A stretch of 52,871 nucleotides of DNA, filler included, from Porpidia crustulata (taxonomy: Eukaryota), in the NCBI GenBank assembly GCA_964255105.1. It is 22 parts of 22 records of this genome, joined end to end, with 100 filler letters (N's around TTAATTAATTAA, not from the genome) between each part and the next. Parts side by side here need not be neighbours in the genome. Positions count along the whole stretch, not along the records: positions 34,876 to 37,129 come from CAXUWE010002439.1; positions 37,230 to 39,458 come from CAXUWE010002440.1; positions 39,559 to 41,785 come from CAXUWE010002441.1; positions 41,886 to 44,096 come from CAXUWE010002442.1; positions 44,197 to 46,339 come from CAXUWE010002443.1; positions 46,440 to 48,549 come from CAXUWE010002445.1; 16 more parts are not named here. One strand, given 5' to 3'. The notes under the pieces are model-generated. The model was not told the DNA's origin, ran no database searches, and was given only the letters and a program-made list of their open reading frames with translations. The stretch's first letter is position 1, and each line of letters begins with the position of its first letter. Below, piece after piece: positions 35,538 through 48,649 of the stretch. The position numbers and the translations under genes are program-made.

Positions 35538-36063
35538 CCTCTCCCAAACGCCCCACCAACCCCCAAAACGCGAAGTTGTGTCAAGTTACTGGCTATGCGG
35601 GAGCGTAACTTTGATAGACGGAGGTTGGTGAGACAAGACAGTTGTGTCTATTGATCGGGTAAGCTTTTCCTAAGGGCGATAATTTTCCAGAGGCTTTGAA
35701 TGCGGGAGCTAGCAGTCCAACCAATCGGCTCCGCCCTGAACAACTTCTAAACATAAGGTAAATCATCCAATCGTGAATCAATTATTTATCTCACGTAATC
35801 AGCAGCGCGTTTAGATCAGCAATAATACATCGAGTATTATCCCATGCGTCATCTATATCTAGAAGGCTTATGTAGGCACATAGGGTAACGTTACGATACA
35901 CCTAAACGACACAGACAACGCCTGAGAAATAAGGAAAGAAATCAACGTAACAGTCAAACGACCTAGGAGATTTTCACTCGAGACCTTTTACATTATTATT
36001 ATTTCCTTCAGGGTCCCAATATTCAAGGCTTCTTATCGACAGAATAGTGAGCCCGCACGCGGT

Positions 36064-36710
36064 TCATTTTGTTCTCCCTGGATCGAATCGCATACGGAAA
36101 TTCTTGTCTACGCTGTCGTTAGCAAGTTCAGGAAACATGATTCGCAGAGAGACAGCGACAACCTTGATTGTGAGCTGCGTAGAGGAATGATGTAATTGCC
36201 TCTGGCTCATTAATCATAGCTGCATTGAAGTCTTTCCTTATCGTCAGTGCCAGGTGCACTTTGCTGATTTTCCGACAACTCTTATGCCTCGCCATGGTCG
36301 GTGATGACAAACCGATTCCAAAGCGAGTAAGGAATCTTTGATTGAATGGTGAACTAAAAGCAGAAGGGACGTTTAAACGATGCGCTTGCCTGTACCCATG
36401 CAGCGTGGTCACATCGAATGTTAGCCAATTAATCTACTCAACCGCAAAAAATCAGCAAAAGTGTTCCATTAGAAAGTTCGATATCGAGCTTCAACCGTAC
36501 CCCACCAGAGCCGTCTTGACCAACCTGCTGTGTGCTCGCAGCTGCAGTAGATGCTATAGTAACGTCCTTGAGAGTACTGCCAATGAGGACGGTAGAATTT
36601 CCATTCCGTCGACCCTTGGAAGCCACCGACCCACCAACCTGCTTTTCTCTTGTGCACGACGCTTCGAATCTCGAGTCTTCTCCCAATCCGCGAACTCTTG
36701 AAGGTGCCAT
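36064..36710 (-). CDS. SAP30: Sin3/Rpd3 HDAC complex subunit SAP30-like protein
   Basis: Three exons. TLHGYRQAHRL and HLALTIRKDFNAAMINEPEAITSFLY...DKNFRMRF resemble the SAP30 Sin3-binding domain. Confidence 0.72.
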
Positions 36711-37063
36711 GTTTTTGAACTTGGGACGTGCGTTACTTCGTACTTGTATTTGATGAGTTCTGACTTGTAGCATTGGTTGGTATTATGACCTAGTAACCAA
36801 GCACCCAAGCACGCGGGTGAAGAAAAAAATGGAAATGGTGTTGATGTAAATCAAGCCAAATTATGCGTAATCCAATTTTCTTTTTTTTCTTCAATCGTGT
36901 AACTTATACTCACATACTATATCCCGAAAAGAATTAGTTCCCGGGTCCCGTATAGATAGCCGAGAGTGTTTCTTCTATCACCACAAATTAGGTAAGCACG
37001 CTGTTGAAATAAAAAATGGAAGTATGCGCTAGGAAAACCCCCCCAATTTTGACGAGGCCATTA

Positions 37064-37129
37064 CTCGTTCCCAACCCCAAACGGTCCGCACCCCCAAACG
37101 GTCCGCGCTAGTTAAGATTAGTCAATATA
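37064..37129 (+). mobile_element. Possible second-family transposon terminus with tandem CCCCAAACGGTCCGC (17-bp period)
   Basis: Exact 15-mers at 37075-37089 and 37092-37106, 11 bp after a (T)TA, at the contig end; only one copy in this window. Confidence 0.45.
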
Positions 37130-37362
37130 NNNNNNNNNNNNNNNNNNNNNNNNNNNNNNNNNNNNNNNNNNNNTTAATTAATTAANNNNNNNNNNNNNNN
37201 NNNNNNNNNNNNNNNNNNNNNNNNNNNNNAACCCTATAGGCTTAGAGCCTCCGGGCGGAATGAAATCTACTACTACTACTACTATTCTGCTGCTGTGTCG
37301 CATCTTTTTTTCCAATCTTGCACTCGCGAAATTTGTCTCTCACCTCCTGAACTAATCACATC

Positions 37363-38274
37363 ATGGCAACTTATCTCATCACTGGTGCCAATCGTGGTAT
37401 TGGACTTGAGTTGGTCCGCCAGCTTGCTCTGCTAGATTCTCAGAAAGTCTCGCAAATCTTTGCACTTACACGAAGCAAATCTCAGCCGCTAGACAAGGCC
37501 ATTGCCGCTTCTTCCGGGCGCATTGTTCTTGTTGACTGCGAGGTGACCAGCCAAAAGAGTGTTGACGCTGCCGTTGAGGAGATAAGGAGCAAGCTACCGG
37601 ATGGTCTGGATGTTCTGATCAACAATGTCGGAGTAAGTAGAGCACTTGGCAGATAGGATGCCTGCTCACTGCTTGCATATTATGCCATTTTACCCCGAAG
37701 GAATTCGGACCATGCCGGCGGACGCTCTCGTCGACACGTTCAAAACCAATGTGGCAAGCGTACATTTGGTCAGTGCAGGATTGATCCCCCTGCTCGAAGC
37801 AGGAAAGCTGAAGAAGATTGTCAACATGTGAGCTCGAGTTTACTTCAGGCACCATCGAAATGATCTGCTTACGATAGTAGATCCACTTCGGTCGGCTCCA
37901 TCACCCAGGCGCCCAATTTCGCGCAGACCCTGGCGCCCTCGTATAAAGTCACGAAGGCGGCTATGAACATGCTTAGCGTCCAGTACGCGCTGGAGTACGG
38001 TCCGAAAGGCTTTACAGTCCTGACCGTCAGTCCCGGGGTAAGCAGGGAAACCAAAAGTCCGCTATCCTATCATTGATTATATTCGCAGTGGCTCAAGACC
38101 GATATGGGCTCACAAGACGCTGATTTGGAGGTGAAAACTGGTGTTAAGGCAACGATCGATCTTATCCTCAAGTCCCGCCCGGATCAGAATGGCAAGTTCC
38201 TTAATATTCATGTTCCAGGCTGGAAAAGCGCTCCAGGTTCGAACCAGTACGATGGTAAGGACTTGCCATGGTAA
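37363..38274 (+). CDS. Short-chain dehydrogenase/reductase (C-signal/CsgA-like classical SDR)
   Basis: Exons 37363-37632, 37679-37827, 37881-38037 and 38089-38274. TGANRGIG, LDVLINN, YKVTK, SPGWLKTDMG. Intron 1 ends in CAT rather than CAG. Confidence 0.85.
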
Positions 38275-38763
38275 TTGGGAAATTTACTTCTCTCTTCTCA
38301 GTACCTTACTAGTTCGTCCCTCACTATCAACAACTTTATATCATAGTTACCCTTCGAGGACATACCTGTGTGCATACAATTGTTTTGAACAATGCGATTT
38401 TCAGACGTCACGAACTCGATACCATAATGACTTCCTCCTTTATCTTCCTATCCCAAAAGCCCACTCGAAGGTTCCCGATCGACAGCTTATGCGGCGGCTT
38501 ATTTCCAACGATAAATAGCAATTGTCGTTGAACTTCTGCATCTCTGTAGACACAGAACTGCACGACGTGAGTTCGAAACAGTTCTGGACTGATGCGCAAG
38601 CTAGAGATAGATGAAGCTGAGGCCGACCGAAACCACTATAGACTGATCGAGAAGTCCGAAGACCTAGACGCTCTAGGGATCCCCGGTTCATATCGCCGAG
38701 AGAATTCGAACGATTATCGATTGCGAGACTTTTATCAAGCTGAACCTTCCCAATCTGACACAA

Positions 38764-38791
38764 ACTACTGATAACGTACTACTGATAACGT
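38764..38791. repeat. Perfect 14-bp tandem duplication ACTACTGATAACGT
   Basis: Two adjacent exact copies. Confidence 0.7.
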
Positions 38792-39558
38792 CTGTCATCA
38801 TATCCCTCACTGCCAATCACCCGTGGTATCGTAAATCTTTTCACTCGCTAGCCTCCGAAGGATTATCGCCGTGTGCACAATAGTGAGTCCGAAAACGGAA
38901 ATCAAAGATGAATTATAAACGGCGGGGGAACCCTGGAAGGTCAGAAACACTATCTACTTTTGTGACTACAGTCGTTTTACGCTCAATGGATTAAATGTAA
39001 CGCGATCAATCGTATAGATTGTAGCTGTACACAATTTCTATCCCCGAGCTTGTTAGAAACGTATTTTGGAGGGTTCCTTACTACCGGAAGGTCAAGCAAC
39101 TGGAATTTGGTTGGCTAGGTAGGTGGCTAATAAACGAAGATCTAAAAGCTAAAGAAGAAAGAAAACAAAGGGTGGTGGCTGGTCTATTTAGGAAGGCCGG
39201 AAATTAGGCCCGGCCATGGGTGCGCTAGGCCCCATAAGGAGGTTCGGAAGGTTTGGTCGTAACAGAGCTGAACATCTTACTTAATTCTTTATCAAGCGAT
39301 CGATTTCCTCGTTAAGTTTCACGTCAAGTTCTTTATTGAATGCCTCAATAAATCCCCTTTCCTCCTTGAAAATCCTTTTCTCAATAAATCTCCTTCGAGC
39401 AAGACTGTGAGGGGTCGTAGTGAACTATATCAATTGACTAGACTAAGCCTATAATACANNNNNNNNNNNNNNNNNNNNNNNNNNNNNNNNNNNNNNNNNN
39501 NNTTAATTAATTAANNNNNNNNNNNNNNNNNNNNNNNNNNNNNNNNNNNNNNNNNNNN

Positions 39559-39928
39559 ATCCTGGCTGATGGGTACTGGAGCGCTGTTTCCGTTGCCATT
39601 TGAGGATGGTTTCGGGGGCGGTATCAAAGAAAGTGTTTGCGAGGGATGCACCTGTACCGGTAGCCAACCACCGGGTGCTTGAGTGATCTTGGCATTTTCG
39701 AGACCAAGGAAGCGGGGGATAGAGGGGCCGGTCAGATCGATGTCGAGTATGCCGACGGAGTGACCAGTAAGGGAGAGGGAGAGGGCGAGTTGCATTGTGA
39801 TGGAGGATTTGCCAACACCTCCTTTTCCAGAGAGAATCTGGTGAGAGATATAGAATTAGTGGGATGGGGTCAAAAATGGTCTTGGGGGCATTTACCAGGA
39901 CGATGTGTTTGACGTTTTCAAGAGACAT
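39559..39928 (-). CDS. CFD1: Cytosolic Fe-S cluster assembly P-loop NTPase Cfd1, 3' truncated
   Basis: [11 protein letters not shown] | intron 39838-39895 | [12 protein letters not shown]...[14 protein letters not shown]. It lacks the N-terminal ferredoxin-like extension of Nbp35. Confidence 0.9.
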
Positions 39929-40182
39929 GCTCGGGCAGGCAAGTTTGTTAGACGGTTGACATCGTCATCGTTGTTCTACATAAGTCTTACGCAGCGTCAA
40001 AGCGAATGGTAAAGATCCAAAAGATTATCAAGCATCTTGTCCCACTCGCCACTGCTGTAAAATCGGCGACATAATCATGAAGGTGCGGCAGTATTCCGCC
40101 ATCTAGTGCCTTAATTCAGCCTTACAAGTGGCTCGATACCTCTGTTTGTTCATCGCCCGTTCCAATTCACCGTTACAGGATC

Positions 40183-41785
40183 ATGCTGCGTTCACTTGTC
40201 CGGCGGCAATTGATTCAACATACCAGACCTCCTGCCTATGAGAGCTTTGTAAGGGCCATTCGATATAAAAGTCGCAATTCCAGAAATTCACAATCTCGCA
40301 CCCCGCAGAAAACAGTCGGTCGCCCTTCCCAAGCGTCACGGATTCCCAAACGCCCCGAAGACTCGCCTGCTCAGGTAGAAGGCAAAACCTCGTCTACGAA
40401 TGCCATATCTAACGCCCTACGCACTACCAGTCCGCAGGACAACAATCTTCTGGCACCTGTCTACGTCCCCGAGGACCCAGATGGCGTCCTCAACGAGAAG
40501 CATCCGGCGGCTGCCCTTCTGGCCAACTCCGCTATTGTGGTACAACGACAGCTTGAGCTTATGAATGTGATGCTTGGTTTGGAGCAGGCAAATAAGTATG
40601 TCATACTGAACGGGCAAGGTGATACGATTGGGTATATTGCAGAGAAGGATTTGGGTATGGGAAATATGATGGCTAGGCAGGCATTCAGTACGCATAGAAG
40701 CTTTACTGCGCACGTATTCGATAAACATGAGAAGGAAGTTCTAAGGGTCAGTCTTTTTGGAGAATTAAGATTTTGGAATGCTGACCGTTTTCCAGATCCA
40801 TAGACCATTCTCGTGGATATCGTCCCGAATTGGTGTATACGATCCTCTCGAAGTGGCGGCTACATCAAACTCTACTTCGAATGCTCTACAGAACTCTACT
40901 ACTGGATCGCTCACATCTGATGTCAACCAAACCCCATCGCCAATTTCGCCTTTAGCCCTCTCGGACTTGCGCATAATTGGTGAAGCCCAGCAGCAATGGG
41001 CACTTCTTCGACGCAAATACAATTTATTTCTCTACCGCCAGCCACCGGACCCTGAGGCCGATTTAGGGACTCGTAGTATTTCCACAGGAAATCTTCCACT
41101 GTCCATTTCACAGCAACTACAAGTATCAAAAGCCGCTAAGAACGATAGCGACGGCGAATTCGGCCAGTTTGCCTACGTAGATGAGCCGTTTCTCTCCTGG
41201 GACTTTTCCCTTCGATCTGCAGACCAACGGCTTATAGGCTCCGTGAACCGCAATTTTGCGGGATTTGGCCGTGAAATATTCACAGACACTGGAGTATACG
41301 CTTTGAGGATGGACGCCGTTGGCATAGCGGATGAACCTCGCCATCTCATCTCTAAAACCGGCCAGAGAAGTGAGCCAAGTCCTGTTGGCATGACGCTTGA
41401 CCAAAGAGCCATCATGCTTGCAACAGCCGTAAGTATCGATTTCGACTATTTCAGCCGTCACAGCGGATCCAGCGGGATGGGTATCCTTCCTATATGGTTT
41501 CCTTTCGGCGGTGGTGGAGGAGCTGCAGCGGGTGAAGCTGCTGAAGGCACTGGCGCTATAGAAGGAGCAGCCGATGGAGCAGCGAAAGGTGCAGGCGGTC
41601 TAGGCGAAGGAGCTGCCGTGGGAGCAGGGTCAATGGCAGGGTATGAAGCAATGCAGAGAGGGGCTTCTAGAGGAGAATCGGCGCCACTGCCGGACTCGCC
41701 CGGATTTGGGGCTGGTCAAGCGCCGCCAACACAGAATCAGCCTGGGGAAGGGGATGAGGTTTGGGGTGAAGATAATGATTTCTGG
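40183..41785 (+). CDS. AIM25: Phospholipid scramblase-family mitochondrial protein (Aim25-like), 3' truncated
   Basis: Intron 40747-40795. IVVQRQLELMNVMLGLEQANKY, THRSF, RRKYNLF, FLSWDF, REIFTDTGVY, LATAVSIDFDYFSRHS. Divergent from CFD1 across 254 bp. Confidence 0.85.
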
Positions 41786-42217
41786 NNNNNNNNNNNNNNN
41801 NNNNNNNNNNNNNNNNNNNNNNNNNNNNNTTAATTAATTAANNNNNNNNNNNNNNNNNNNNNNNNNNNNNNNNNNNNNNNNNNNNGGTGTTGATGGCGGT
41901 AGAGATTCAATGGGCGATATGGGGGACTTGAGTAGGTAATTTGAGGGAGGAGTGGCTGATCTTTGGTGAGGTGCCGGGGGCGGGCCACACCACGACCCCC
42001 CCATGCTCGAGCCGGACCCACCGGGACGTTTAGCTGTGTGTCACATCTGTTGGTTATCAACGACGTCATTATCGATATTCGCAATGCTGTCAACAGTTGG
42101 TAGAGAGTATGGTGAAGCGCATGGGTAATACCGCACATTAAGAATGCACAAAGGGCAACAATATCAATACTCGATTAAAAGTAACAAACTCCCACTACCA
42201 AACCACCAGGTCCGACC

Positions 42218-44096
42218 ATGGGTTCAAGACCTCCTCTCGATACCACAACCTTCCACAACATCATCAACGGCGAGCTCCGCAGCGCCTCAGAATTCCGCCA
42301 TGGCATAGACCCTTCCACGCGAAAAAAACTATGGCCGGTCCCTTGCGCAACAGCCCAGGACGTCGATGACGCCGTAAAAGCGGCTCGGAACGCCTTCCCA
42401 GCGTGGTCCCAGAGACCCTACGACGAGCGCAGCGGGCTAGTGCAGACGTACGCGAAGTTGTACTTGCACTATGAAGAAGAGATGACGGATTTACTGATGC
42501 GGGAGACGGGGAAGCCTGTGAGTATGCGGGATCCGTGGGGGATTGTGCAATTTCAAGGATAAAACTATTTGCACGCAAAGGCTGATATAGATGGTATTGT
42601 AGAGGGAGCTGGCGAATAGGGAGATCCATAGCAGTTATGAGGGTATACTGAAGACTTGTGAGTCTGAGATTGAATCCGAGCAATCGGCGCGGCGTGCTCA
42701 TATGATTGAGGATAGCAGAACTTGCGCTGCCGGTTGAGAGGCTAGAGGATGAGAAGAAGGTTGCAACGACGAGATATGTCCCGCTCGGTATATGAAAATA
42801 ACTGGGATGCCTCGGCTGTGCTGAATGTCTCAAGGCGTTGTGGGAGCTATATGTCCTTGGAACTGTAGGTCTTCCTGTCACCTTTCAATTGATTCAAAAC
42901 AACATGCTTATTCAAGCCTGATCTAGTTCCCCTCGTTCTATGTACGATTCCCCCAAGCCAATATCACAGAAAACTCTTCCTAACCTTCCCAGCCTTCTCG
43001 AAAATCGCCCCCGCATTACTGACCGGTAATTGCATAATCGTCAAGCCCTCGTGGGTCCACTGCCTTTCCCTCTCCTCTACCCTCATTTAAACCCCATAGA
43101 CCCTACACCCCTTACACCACCCTCAAAGCCATCGAAATCGGTCGCCTGGTCCTTCCTCCCGGCGTGCTCCAAGTCCTCGGCGGCGACGACGACCTGGGCC
43201 CATGCATCGTGCGCCACCCAGGAATCCAAAAAATCGCGTTCACGGGGTCGATTCCAGCAGGGAAAAAGATTATGGAAGTGTGTGCGCAAACGGTGAAGCG
43301 GGTGACGTTGGAGTTGTGAGTAGTCTTGTTGCTGTGAAAGGTGGGCCTTGGAACTGACTGTGGATCAGGGGAGGAAATGACGCGTCGATTATTTGCCCGG
43401 ATGTGAATATTGAGAAAACGGCGCCCATGGTCGCGATGGGGGCATTCAAAAACTCCGGACAGGTACGTTCACTCTTCCATCTTGACATTGACATCTACGT
43501 TACCCCTTTTCTCCATTACTAGCCCCCCTCTTTCCCTGCCATACCCTAACGCAACCTCCAGATCTGCGTCGCCTCCAAACGCATTTACATTCACTCCTCC
43601 ATCTATACCCCTTTCCTCGCCGCCCTCGCCCGCTTCATGCGCACTCTCACCCTCGGCTCCCCGTTATCCAAACCGTCGCCCGACCTCGGTCCTATCCAAA
43701 ACGCCATGCAATACGAAAAAGTCCAATCCTACCTCCGCGACTGCAAAGACAACCACTACGCCTTTGCATGCGGAGACCCAGACACGGATCTCGAAGCTGT
43801 AAGCGCTGAAAATGGTGGCGGCTATTTTGTCCCCCCCTTCATCATCGACAACCCGCCCTCAAGCTCCCGCGTCTTGGCGGAAGAGGTGTTTGGGCCGATT
43901 CTCCCGGTGCAGCCTTGGAGCGATGAGGCGGATGTGGTGGCGAGAGCGAACGATACGAAGACAGGGCTGGGGGCGTGCATTTACAGCTGCGATATCGAGC
44001 GCGCGGAAAGGATCGCGGCGCAGTTGGAGGTGGGAAGCGTGTATGTGAATTCGACGTTGAGGCCGGATTGGAAAGTTTACTTTGCGGGGTGGAAGG
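42218..44096 (+). CDS. Aldehyde dehydrogenase, 8 introns, 3' truncated
   Basis: Exons splice to ETGKP, VPLGVVGAICPWNFP, VKPS, FTGS, TLELGGND, NSGQIC and EEVFGP; includes a 15-nt exon at 42927-42941. Confidence 0.92.
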
Positions 44097-44196
44097 NNNN
44101 NNNNNNNNNNNNNNNNNNNNNNNNNNNNNNNNNNNNNNNNTTAATTAATTAANNNNNNNNNNNNNNNNNNNNNNNNNNNNNNNNNNNNNNNNNNNN

Positions 44197-45751
44197 ACCC
44201 CAGACTCGACAGCCCCTCTAGCGGGAGTGAAACCCCCTAAACACGACACCCAAGTTACGAATATGCAAACCGCATGGACTGAATTTGCTCATATGCTCGG
44301 TGAAGAGAACGTTTCTACAATTGAGGGCGATCTCCAATCCCACTCAGGATCCGACTGGTCTTCATATACAACCAGAGATGATGAGAAGCCATTTCTCGTC
44401 GTCTTTCCATCGACTACAGAGGAAGTCAGCCAGATCGTCAAGATTTGTCATGAGAGATTGATCCCTATAACAGCCTACTCCGGCGGTACCAGTCTCGAAG
44501 GTCACTTTTCCGCTACAAGGGGAGGCATCTGCATTGACTTTCGCCGAATGGACAAAATTCTTACACTGCACAAGGACGATCTAGATGTTATTGTCCAACC
44601 TGCTTTAGGCTGGGAGCTTCTGAACGAGGAATTGGCCAAAGATGGTCTTTTCTTCCCTCCCGACCCTGGTCCTGGCGCTCAGATTGGCGGCATGGTAGGC
44701 ACAGGCTGCTCCGGTACGAATGCCTATCGCTATGGTACTATGAGAGACTGGGTCCTTAGTTTGACTGTCGTGATGGCTGATGGGACTATCATCAAAACCC
44801 GGCAAAGACCGCGCAAGAGCAGTGCCGGCTACGATCTTACGCGCATGTTTATTGGCAGCGAAGGGACTCTTGGCCTCATCACTGAAGCAACCTTGAAAGT
44901 CACTGTTAAGCCCAAGAGCGAGAGCGTGGCGGTAGCCAGCTTCCCCACTATAAGAGACGCAGCCGAGTGTGTCGCCAAAGTTGTAGGTGAAGGCGTGCCC
45001 ATTGCGGCAATGGAGGTTCTAGACGACGTTCAAATGCGCTGTATTAATGACAGCGGCTCCACAGGTCGTACGTGGAAAGAAGCACCAACACTCTTCTTCA
45101 AATTCACCGGTACGCCGTCGGGAGTAAAAGAACAAATTAAAATTGTTCAAAACCTCGCCAAGGCCAAAGGCAGCCAGTCCTTTGACTTTGCCAAGAACGT
45201 CGACGAAGCCCAGGAGCTCTGGAGCGCGCGAAAAGAGGCGCTCTGGAGCGTCATGGCGAAGCGGAGAGACGAGAGCGATCATGTCTGGACGACCGACGTG
45301 GCCGTGCCCATCAGTCGCTTACCCGACATCATCGAGCAGACCAAAGAAGACATGGCAAGTAGCGGTCTTCTAGCCGCCATGGTTGGCCACGTCGGCGACG
45401 GTAACTTCCACGGTAAGCCAGTACCGCCCCTTTCCCCCAATCAAACCTTTAGCCCCAGACTAACACCAATTTCCCCACCCAGCAATCATCCTCTTCAACG
45501 ACACCGAGCGCCCCACCGCCGAAGCCGTCGTCCACCGCATGGTCAAGCGCGCCGTCGAAATGGAAGGCACCGTGACGGGCGAACACGGCGTCGGCCTCAT
45601 CAAGCGTGATTACCTGGCGCACGAGCTCGGCGAGACCACCGTCGACGCGATGAGGAAGCTGAAGCTGGCGTTTGATCCGCTGTGCATCTTGAATTGCGAT
45701 AAGATTGTAAGGGTCGAGAAACCAAAGAAGGGGGAGGTCAAGGCGTGGTAA
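44197..45751 (+). CDS. DLD1: D-lactate dehydrogenase (cytochrome), FAD-linked oxidase, 5' truncated
   Basis: GGTSLEGH, FFPPDPGPGAQIGGM, RKSSAGYDLT, GSEGTLG, GHVGDGNFH, TGEHGVG; intron 45413-45482. Confidence 0.92.
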
Positions 45752-46661
45752 GGGGTTGTGATGCTTTGAGAACTCGTTTGTTCGCCACTCGTTGAAGGAG
45801 GGGAAGCTGCATGTGGATCTGGAGGTTTGGACCCTTACAGAACGTTCTGCACCTGCCCAAAACACAGCCGCCTGCACCTTTCGGGTATATGGACCGTGCC
45901 GTCTGGGCGTGGCCTGTCAACCGGAGGAACACGCCCATTTCTCAAGGGGTCTGAAGCACGGAAGCGTGGCTGTGAAGTATGAACCAGAAGCTGCAGGGAG
46001 ACGCAGAGAAGATTACGGGCGATGCATTCTCGGGAGCGTGGATAAAATAATCAAACTGGGAAAGATGTAAAAGTTGAGAAATCCAGGAAGTGGGAACTTG
46101 GGCAATTTTCCAACGACAGAAATGTAGCGCGTGTATATCGATGATTCTTCGGTTCGCAAGGGTGATACGAGTTTGCGATGCTCTTCGTTTCGTCACTAGG
46201 ACCAGGACTGGCTTGGTCGAAATTTGAAAGTCCAGGCGCAATCCTACCTACCATATATCCCGCCCACTTCCCATTCCATCGGCTTCTCCTCCCCAACTCC
46301 CCTCTCCTCAATACCTCCTCCCCTCATAACTCTCTTCCCNNNNNNNNNNNNNNNNNNNNNNNNNNNNNNNNNNNNNNNNNNNNTTAATTAATTAANNNNN
46401 NNNNNNNNNNNNNNNNNNNNNNNNNNNNNNNNNNNNNNNGGATATGGATATGTATGCGTGTGGTTTGGGGGGCAAGGCAAGGGTTTCGAAAGGCTGTGGC
46501 TGTCATATTTGATGTGGATAAATTCATGGAAGGTTCGATCGATTGGGCCAGCTCTATCTAGTATCTAAATATGCTAGAACCGTGCCGTGGAGAAGGAAAT
46601 CGCTACAAAGCTTTGTTGTGATCGTCATGAGTCGTGATTCGTCTTGCTGGTCACGACCCTA

Positions 46662-48421
46662 TCAATTCGCTTTCACGCTATCCCTGCACATCGAATCAGC
46701 ACGAGTTTAAGAAAAGGGGAAAAAGGGGTAAAGAAAGGAAAAACAAACCGTCTATGAATGCTTTGTGCCTCCTTGACAATCTGCGCGATCCCATCCAACC
46801 CCATTTTCAACGTCTCCATCCGCGGGCCGTAACTCAGACGCACGAAATGATGGCAAGGACTGTCGAACAGGTCCCTTCGCTTCGCCGGGTTGAGGTCGAA
46901 GAAAATACCAGGCACTACAATAATCCTCTTCTCCAGGCATTTTTGGAAGAAATTCAGACCATCGTTGATGGCCTCGGGGAGCCCGCTGAGGTCCAGCCAG
47001 ACGTAGAAGGTCGAGTCCGGGACGTGCTTGATCCGGAACCCGATTTCGGTGAGCCGGCCGAGGACGTAGTCGCGTTTGTTTTTGAAGTGGGTTTGCAGTG
47101 CCTTCATCTCCGTGAGGACTCTGTTGGGCTCGAGCATAGGGATGGCAGCTTCTTGGAACGGTACGTTGGCCCCGCCGTCAAGATACGATCCACATGACCC
47201 GATGGCTTTGATGAACTCCTTGGGTCCGATGATCCATGCTATACGCCAGCCTGGAAGACGAAAGCGCTTGGTGAGGCCGTCTATGATCAGGACGTCGTCA
47301 TCATCGACGTCGACGACATTATCGGCGGCGCTGATAGTCGTGCCGTCGCAGTTGCTTGTGTAGTTGTAGCCACCGTAGAATTCATCCATGACAAGCGTTG
47401 CTCGATCACGGCATATATCTTGGATAGCCGCAAGTTCTGGGTTTTTGACAACCTGACCGGTTGGGTTGCGAGGGTTGGAGGTCAAGATGACAGACGTCCC
47501 TCGAGATATTTCTTCGGCAATCTTATCAGGATGAATGTGGTAACCATCATCTTCTGATAGCGGTGAGGGAATAGCAGCAAACTGTTATAATTAGAGCTAT
47601 GTTTTAAGATGCGAGCGAGTAGCTACTTCAACATTGAAGTGCCAATATATTTGACCGGGAAGAGAGTTCTCTGGCAAAATACGAGTATAGTCGTACAAGT
47701 AGCTTCGCCATTAAGGCCAAATTTCAAACATGATTTGTGTGTTATAATAGTAGAAGAGCTAGAAAACAGGTAGACCTACGTTCCGAAATAAAGACAACAT
47801 CTCATTGTAAGCAGTGTAATCTGGGATGAAGAAGCCGAGATAGGCATTATTGAGCACGGCGGCGATGCGGATCAACCCAGCTCGACCTCCCTACCATGGC
47901 CAATCATTAACAAATTCTCCGAGTCCATCACTCTTTGATCATCAGTAGTTACCGGAACGACAGCGACATTCTCCCACGAGTATTGACTCGCTTTCCCCTC
48001 TCGATGATGTGCATTGTACAGGTTGGCAATGGCGGCTCGCAAGGATTTGATACCAGCCGTAGGGCCATATTCTCGTCCAGCCATGGAGATATCAATCTGC
48101 TTGGGCCTTTGGAAGCTTCCTTTGATATCATCGTCCACCTCGGGAGCCCCTTGGCCCAGATTAGCCCATCCAGTCGGATCGTCTGCAAAGCCATGTTCGT
48201 TGGCTCGTTCGGTACACCAGATCACGCCGGTCGATGCTCGTGTAGGATCTAAGCCAGCATGCGATTGGTGTCCTTCATGGGCATTACGGAATTGACGGTG
48301 TATCTTGGAGCTCACCTCACTAGATATTCTGGTCAATGTCGTATGAAGGAGGTCAGTTGCTCTGACTATACCTTGCTCCTGGCGCCTTACTGACGCTGAA
48401 TTTGCGGCCTGAGAAACTCAT
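46662..48421 (-). CDS. PLP-dependent aminotransferase class I/II
   Basis: Multi-exon gene. NLGQGAPE, YGPTAG, SNPRNPTG, DEFY, DGLTKRFRLPGWRI (PLP lysine), VVPGIFF, VRLSYG. Confidence 0.9.
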
Positions 48422-48649
48422 CTCCACTGCCAAGGGTTGACGTGATTGGTAATTAGGGAAGCTATCTCCTTTAGGTTAAGTATTACAGTCAAAGGATGAA
48501 ATTGTGTCGCTGACCGAGATCGAGCGGCGTTCAATAGTGCCAGTGGTGCNNNNNNNNNNNNNNNNNNNNNNNNNNNNNNNNNNNNNNNNNNNNTTAATTA
48601 ATTAANNNNNNNNNNNNNNNNNNNNNNNNNNNNNNNNNNNNNNNNNNNN

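Noticed and set aside
36934..36954. TTAGTTCCCGGGTCCCGTATA resembling a degraded copy of the 46-bp TIR
   Set aside because: The match is too short (about 12 bp) to distinguish from chance.
39280..39458. Short minus-strand frame ending ...FIEAFNKELDVKLNEEIDRLIKN* at the contig end
   Set aside because: Too short and truncated to assign; it could be a gene or transposon 3' end but no motif is recognisable.
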